Positions 59,001 to 64,000 of a stretch of DNA of 64,000 nucleotides are shown one piece after another. The stretch is from Perkinsus chesapeaki ATCC PRA-425 (Eukaryota > Protista > Perkinsozoa). The stretch spans positions 1 through 64,000 of the forward strand of contig JAAPAO010000116.1 in NCBI GenBank assembly GCA_013115145.1, in the 5' to 3' direction. Under the pieces are notes generated by a model that saw nothing but the letters and a program-made list of their open reading frames with translations, was not told the origin of the DNA and did no database searches. Each line of letters begins with the position of its first letter. The stretch's first letter is position 1. Position numbers and translations under genes: made by a program.

Positions 59001-62000
59001 GGTTCGTCTGCGCGATGTTATCAATCGCAAGGGCGCTCGTGCAACAGAAAAACTGTCATTCTACCTCGAGTCTGCTGACGGCCGCGCGCTCGACCTCCTC
59101 AACAGCCACTTTGTCCATCCATTAACACTTCTCCTGCATCACCTCGAGGCGATCAATAGAGCAATCCCGGAAGGTCATCCTGCCGTCGACGCCTGCTTGA
59201 GGGCTGTCCGAAAGTTCTTGGACTCGTGCACTTTGGGATCGACAAGCCCTATGTCGGCACTACTGATGTTGGAGGAGTGCCTCGACAGATATGACGCCCT
59301 GGTTCGGGCAGTGCCATCGCATTTACTCAAAGCTGGCGCTGGTGCGGTGACGAGCGTGAGGCGGTCTGTGGCTACTTTCAGAGCCATGCAGGTGAGAGAA
59401 CGGCTTTGAACATTTATTACAATCGGTGGAGTGCTCGACAGCTGTCTTCGTAAAACATTTTTTGAACACCGAAGAAGTCTGCTACCCCCCTCGACAGGGA
59501 TCGTATCGAACGTGTTTTGGGGAGGCTGACGCATCCTTCTGAAGATAGCTCTGTTACTCTAGGGCCGCTGAATCAAAAACCAGTATATACGATGTTCGCT
59601 GCTTTTATTCCAGATTGCTTCCTGGCGCGATCTCCGAGCCTCTCGGGAAGCCTTCTGGCGCTCCAAGGCGCGCGGTCGGTGGTTTGCTCGGCTTTGGTCG
59701 GCAGCGAAGAGCACCAAGCTCGAGGGTGCTGAGGACAGGCTGAAGGCGGAGCTGTTTGATACAGGCATGAGGTGAAGTGTAACAGAACCGGGGAAATCTG
59801 AAATACGTTTTTTCTATCAGATTCGTGCGCACATCTCCGCTGGTGCAATTTTCGGAGCGTGTTGCTATCATCAAGACGGTTGGTGAGTTGCTAAATGTTC
59901 CTGTACTGCAGCATCTTCACGGTATGGCAATGGTGTGGCTGCCTTATGTTGATAAACAAATGGAGATACATCGTAAAGTGAGAATGATAGTGTGATCTAT
60001 GGGGAGACTAGTTGAGGCTAGTACAATGTCTCGAAAGCAGCAATAGATAACTTTTGTTTGGCTGTGGCGTCGCGTGCGGCGGCTATCACTATAAGAAATA
60101 AAGAGAACCACCAAAAGGTCAAAAAGTTTTGGGAATTCCGCGTGATTTGAATCTCCGCGACAAATTTTCTGAAATTTCCTGACAGCTTCCTTTGATGGAA
60201 GTGGGTGGTGTGTATGAGCCATGTGTGCTGCTGTGTTACTGAGTAGTAATAGAACTACCAGTTGCATCATCCACCGGCTTCAGGCGCTGGAGAAGGAAGT
60301 TAAGGAGCTTATACAGTGTGCTCGATGGGACTTGGGACCATCAGCGAATCATGCAGCGTTCCGAGATATGACCAAGCGAGCTCATAAACAACTGGCGAAG
60401 GCTGCCAGAATGTAAGCTGCTGTTCGCCTCCTTCATTCTTGTGACTGACGGCGCAAGCTTTCCGGGGAGAAGGGAACCGATATCGGATTGTGAATGGTAC
60501 ACTGAGGAAGAATTTGAGGTGCAAATTTCCCAGCAGTGAGGTTGTTGAAGAATGCAAGAAGATGTTCTAATGTTCCTCCTAAAGATGTCCTGAGGTTTGA
60601 ATTACTTGCTCAGGTTCGACTCGGCGGTATTAGCCCCGACAGATCCGATCTTGGCCGCTGTCACGTTGACGCCACCGTTGAGAGTCGGACAGGAAATGAA
60701 GTGTCGAGAGCTTTGTGAGGCACTGTCCGACACGAAGGCGTTCTTGATGGGGGAGAATCCTGCCCAGGCGAAGAGGAGACAAATGATACAGCTGAAGGAT
60801 TATATAGTTGAAGAGGTAGGGGAATTGGAAATCTAGAGGCCCCGCTGGAGAGTATGATAGAAGGGGGCCTCGGCTGGCTCTTTGCAAATTCATCGCGAGC
60901 TATTATTCAGTATATGGGCTGATCGAGCACTGATGGTGACTGTGGTCGGGAAGTGATAGAAGAATAGTTTTCCTTTCGGGTTTGGCCTGTAGATCCATTT
61001 CTAGTTTAAGTCTTCCGAGAAATACACTTTGTTTGGGGTAGATGATTTGCCTGTCGCTTCTCGCGTACACGTGCCGATGAGAAATCTGCTACATTGCGGT
61101 CGAACTTTCCAGAGCCATCAGTTGCAAGAATTCATACGGTGGAAATCCTTGGGTTTTAGCGCTTTGCTGAGGAGGTCGAAATTCAGGAAAAATATTTTTT
61201 ACATGCTGGTTTTCTCAGGTTCCGGTGCCCCCTGGCAGCCCAGCTACTATAGATTTGTCGACGGAAGTGATGGCAGGAAGTCCCCTCGTAAGGGAAGAAG
61301 GATCGGACATGAAACTCAGTCGAACCTTCAACGTGAGCCTTGGTGAAGTGTGAAGCGACCATTGGCGGTCATTTAGATATGTCTTCACGAATGGCTCAAG
61401 TTGTCTTCGTTGCACAAAGCTCCTCCTAGTATGGATTTGCCTATGGACCAACTGAACTGGTGGATGCAACGTAAGCAAGACACATAGTGATATTCTCTAT
61501 CGGAAGGTTTTAAGATGATTTCGGTACGGTGTCGTCCTACCAAGTACCTAGTACCTTTTGGAAGGAATAATTCGGATGAAATGTCTTTCATCCTCATCTG
61601 ACTTATAATTTTCATAATTCTATTTTCAATTTGTCTCTTATCATTTTTTAATAACTCCAGTCTACCCATCAGACGAGCAAGTATTTGTCAACCCCAAATC
61701 CACAAAAGGACATTAACTCGTACAATACTCATCATTACTGGACTGGGAATAATAGCAAAACCGATGGTATTATTCAGAGAAGCGTTTTATATGTGTACGG
61801 TAACATTTACTCGTAGAAAGCCGCTACTCCGGATTCCCGGATCGCCCCTTGCAAAAATAGGTTCAATGAGAAAGAGGAGCTTCGTGAGCGGCTCAGTAGA
61901 TGCAAAACCCAGTTGTTATTATTTCTTTGTGCCTTCAGGTGTGGTGCAACTCTTCCATGATACACTTAATACTGCTGGTCGGCGGCGCTGGTTAAAGTCT

Positions 62001-64000
62001 GTCGATGAGGCCATGAGCATTGTTGATGAGACTGACAGTATTGTTGTCGAGGGTCAGGCGGACGTCATCTCCTTGGTGACGCTGCTTGACTCGGCAGTGA
62101 ACGAGTCAGTGGTGAGTTTCGAGGGCATGCGGGGAGTTTGCTAAATACAGGAATAACACAGCCATTATGCGATTGGGAAAAACCTTGAAGTTCACGGCGT
62201 GGAGCCAGCATGCGATAATGAACTTTCAGGAGAACCACCACAGGAAAAGCACAATGTTTGATGAAAGAGAAATATGAAACTGAAGGATTGAAACGTTGAA
62301 TGTTGATCGGATACTTGTCGAGTATATTTTTCGTCAGAGCGAGAATTGATCTTCTCAAAGACATATCTGACATTCTGGAAGGGGTTCGTGTTATATAATT
62401 TCTATATCGTGCAGAGCAGACGAGTTACAGATGCCGTCACCGTCTATCAGCATGCTGCTTTCAGGCCCAGCTATCGGCTGTCTCGTCTAAGCCGCTTGCC
62501 CCAATCCCGACCGTTGTGAAGGATTCGCTGGATTCAATGTGCCCCGAGATCGAACAGATTACGTCACGACTGGACGGAGGTGAAGAGAGCAACTCGTTGT
62601 TGGTTAGGGGGGAGTGGATTGAGCAACTGAAGGGTGCGGCGAGGTAAGTAGGTTCCACAGCTTGTCGGATTGACGCTTTTACGAGTGAATATGATATAAT
62701 AGAAGTATTGTCGGGAAAAGGCTCCTAGCCTAATGACCAACACCAAGGTGCATTCCTTCTCGGTGACTGTGATGCTAGCAGCTTAGATATAACTGAATAT
62801 CCTTCGAGCCTACTTATGCCGATGACATGTTAGTCTTGTACTACTCTTTGTATTGCTTATTTTAGATTTTTAATGTTTTCATACTATTACCCGTAATTTT
62901 TAATAATAAATCAATTTCGTTGATCTGCTCTAGCTGTATACAATCATCCCTTCAACGGCTAATATTTTTTCGCAAAGGTCAAATCTTCTCGTTGACAAGT
63001 GAATACAGTAATCGCATTTCCTAGTTGTAAGTATCGCTGATCAGGTCCATGGTGGAGTATCTAAGGTCGCCCGCTTGCCTGTCGCTCATTCCAAGACTGG
63101 CTGAAGTCGCTACAGAGCTATCGTCCTGTGTTGACGCTCTCGTCATAAAGCTCTGTCCGATAGGATGTGACGAGGTCTCGGCTGCGGACCTTAGCAAGGC
63201 GATTAGCGGGGAGCTGCCCTACGATGGCCCACAGGCTTCCGAGGCGCTGAAAAATCTCAGAGAGGGCAGAATGTAAGATTCTGGATTTTTCGACTGAAAT
63301 TAGCTTTTTTCTTAGTTCTGGCGGGATGGCTATGACGCCGTCGTCGGAGCTGGATGGGGAGTTGGAGTCGTCGCTGATTGGTTTGCATGCCATGATTAAA
63401 TTCGTGTGTCATCTCCATCAAGAGGGGCTTAGTCTGTCTGAAGGGGAGGACGCTGAAGGAGGAGAAGGTCGTGAAGGTGAGGAAGGAGAGCTGATGTGGG
63501 ATAAGATTAGGTCATGGGAGTGGGAGGTTTCTGAGAATACTGCCGAGAAAAAAACCGTAAAAATTTTTTCCTTCAAAGGCATGCAGTTCTTGCGGAGATA
63601 CCCGGGATGGATTGGCCTTGCAAACTCAGAGGTATAGGATGAGAGGCAGCTAATAAGCTTTACCCTTTCACAGTAAAATCTTCACTCAATGTGCTATCGA
63701 TATTAAAGAGGAATTGCACTATTGCATGTACTTTCCAAGTTCGAAATTCTAACCTCATGTTTTTACGGTTGGTTTGCCTCTCACATTCAGTTAACTTCGT
63801 CCTTAACTTTAGATGGACGAAAATTTCCTGATCGATCGATTGATCGATTTTGGATATTAGCTATTGGGAGGCTGGATTTTCGTTCCCCGCTACGACAGGT
63901 ACAACAGATTGGCAGCAGGGCACCGGTCTCGGGGATGGCTCTGGAGCTCGAGATGTCAGTGACGAAATTGAGGATAAGAATATGTTTGATACTCTACAAG
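44051..64000 (+). CDS. MDN1: Midasin (dynein-related hexa-AAA+ ATPase of 60S maturation), many exons, 3' end beyond the window
   Basis: Six AAA modules in order: GPSGCGKT (45109-45132) with WVVIEDIDK; GDTGCGKT with VLDEINLAP; GPTGAGKT..RINNHEHTDLQEYLG with VLDELNLAPSEVLE..NRLLDDNRE; GETGTGKT; GPPGTGKS..RINISEQTEIADLVG; degenerate GDGGTGRR. A long helical linker follows. The MIDAS domain is not reached. The start at 44051 is inferred. Confidence 0.95.
45737..45866. repeat. (CGGGTTT)n / (AAAAACCT)n motif cluster in a midasin intron, possible MITE remnant
   Basis: ccgggttttcgggtttcgggtttt ... atcccag-a-ctgggat ... aaaacctaaaaacctaaaaacc. Confidence 0.4.
57078..57131 (+). repeat. 54-bp intronic repeat, copy 1 (copy 2 at 60055-60108)
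   Basis: tgtttggctgtggcgtcg(a/c)gtgcggcggctatcactat(g/a)ag(g/a)aataaagagaac; 3 mismatches in 54 bp. Confidence 0.9.
57201..57350. repeat. Inverted GGGTTTCGGGTTT / AAAACCCGAAAACCCG motif cluster in a midasin intron, possible MITE remnant
   Basis: cctgggtttcgggtttc...caaaacccgaaaacccg and later tttcgggttttagggtt; same motif type as at 45737. Confidence 0.4.
58583..58888 (+). repeat. 43-bp minisatellite in midasin intron 58388-59001, spanning an N gap (58699-58797)
   Basis: Unit gtatctggatataggtcgcaatgttgtttgataaaggctaac(c/t) starts at 58583, 58626 and 58669, and continues after the gap. At least 5 copies; no spacers. Confidence 0.95.
60055..60108 (+). repeat. 54-bp intronic repeat, copy 2
   Basis: Near-identical to 57078-57131, same orientation, in a different midasin intron. 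Confidence 0.9.

Overview
Eukaryotic genomic DNA with many short GT-AG introns. Gene style and content suggest an alveolate, probably Perkinsus (inference). The bacterial-style ORF track (GTG/TTG starts, no splicing) therefore only shows exon fragments. Recognisable host genes: a 3-KH FUBP/KHSRP-like protein, succinyl-CoA ligase alpha, two tandem PTB/hnRNP-L-like 4-RRM genes, WDR55/JIP5, and a >20-kb midasin (MDN1/Rea1) gene running off the right edge. There are also three catalytically degenerate GH18 chitinase-like genes and a decaying lineage-specific gene family at 36-43 kb. The standout is a 7,354-bp Mutator-like transposon (5558-12911) with ~115-bp TIRs and an exact 9-bp TSD (CCTTCACAC). 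It carries a spliced, apparently intact transposase (Zn-finger-like region, MULE DDE, SWIM, PHD) and a Pif1-family helicase that lacks its Walker A end. A plausible 41-nt intron would join helicase and transposase into one ~1,470-aa frame. Other oddities are clusters of perfect palindromes with 1-nt centres, midasin introns that share sequence, mosaic identity among the GH18-like copies, and a 43-bp minisatellite spanning an assembly gap.
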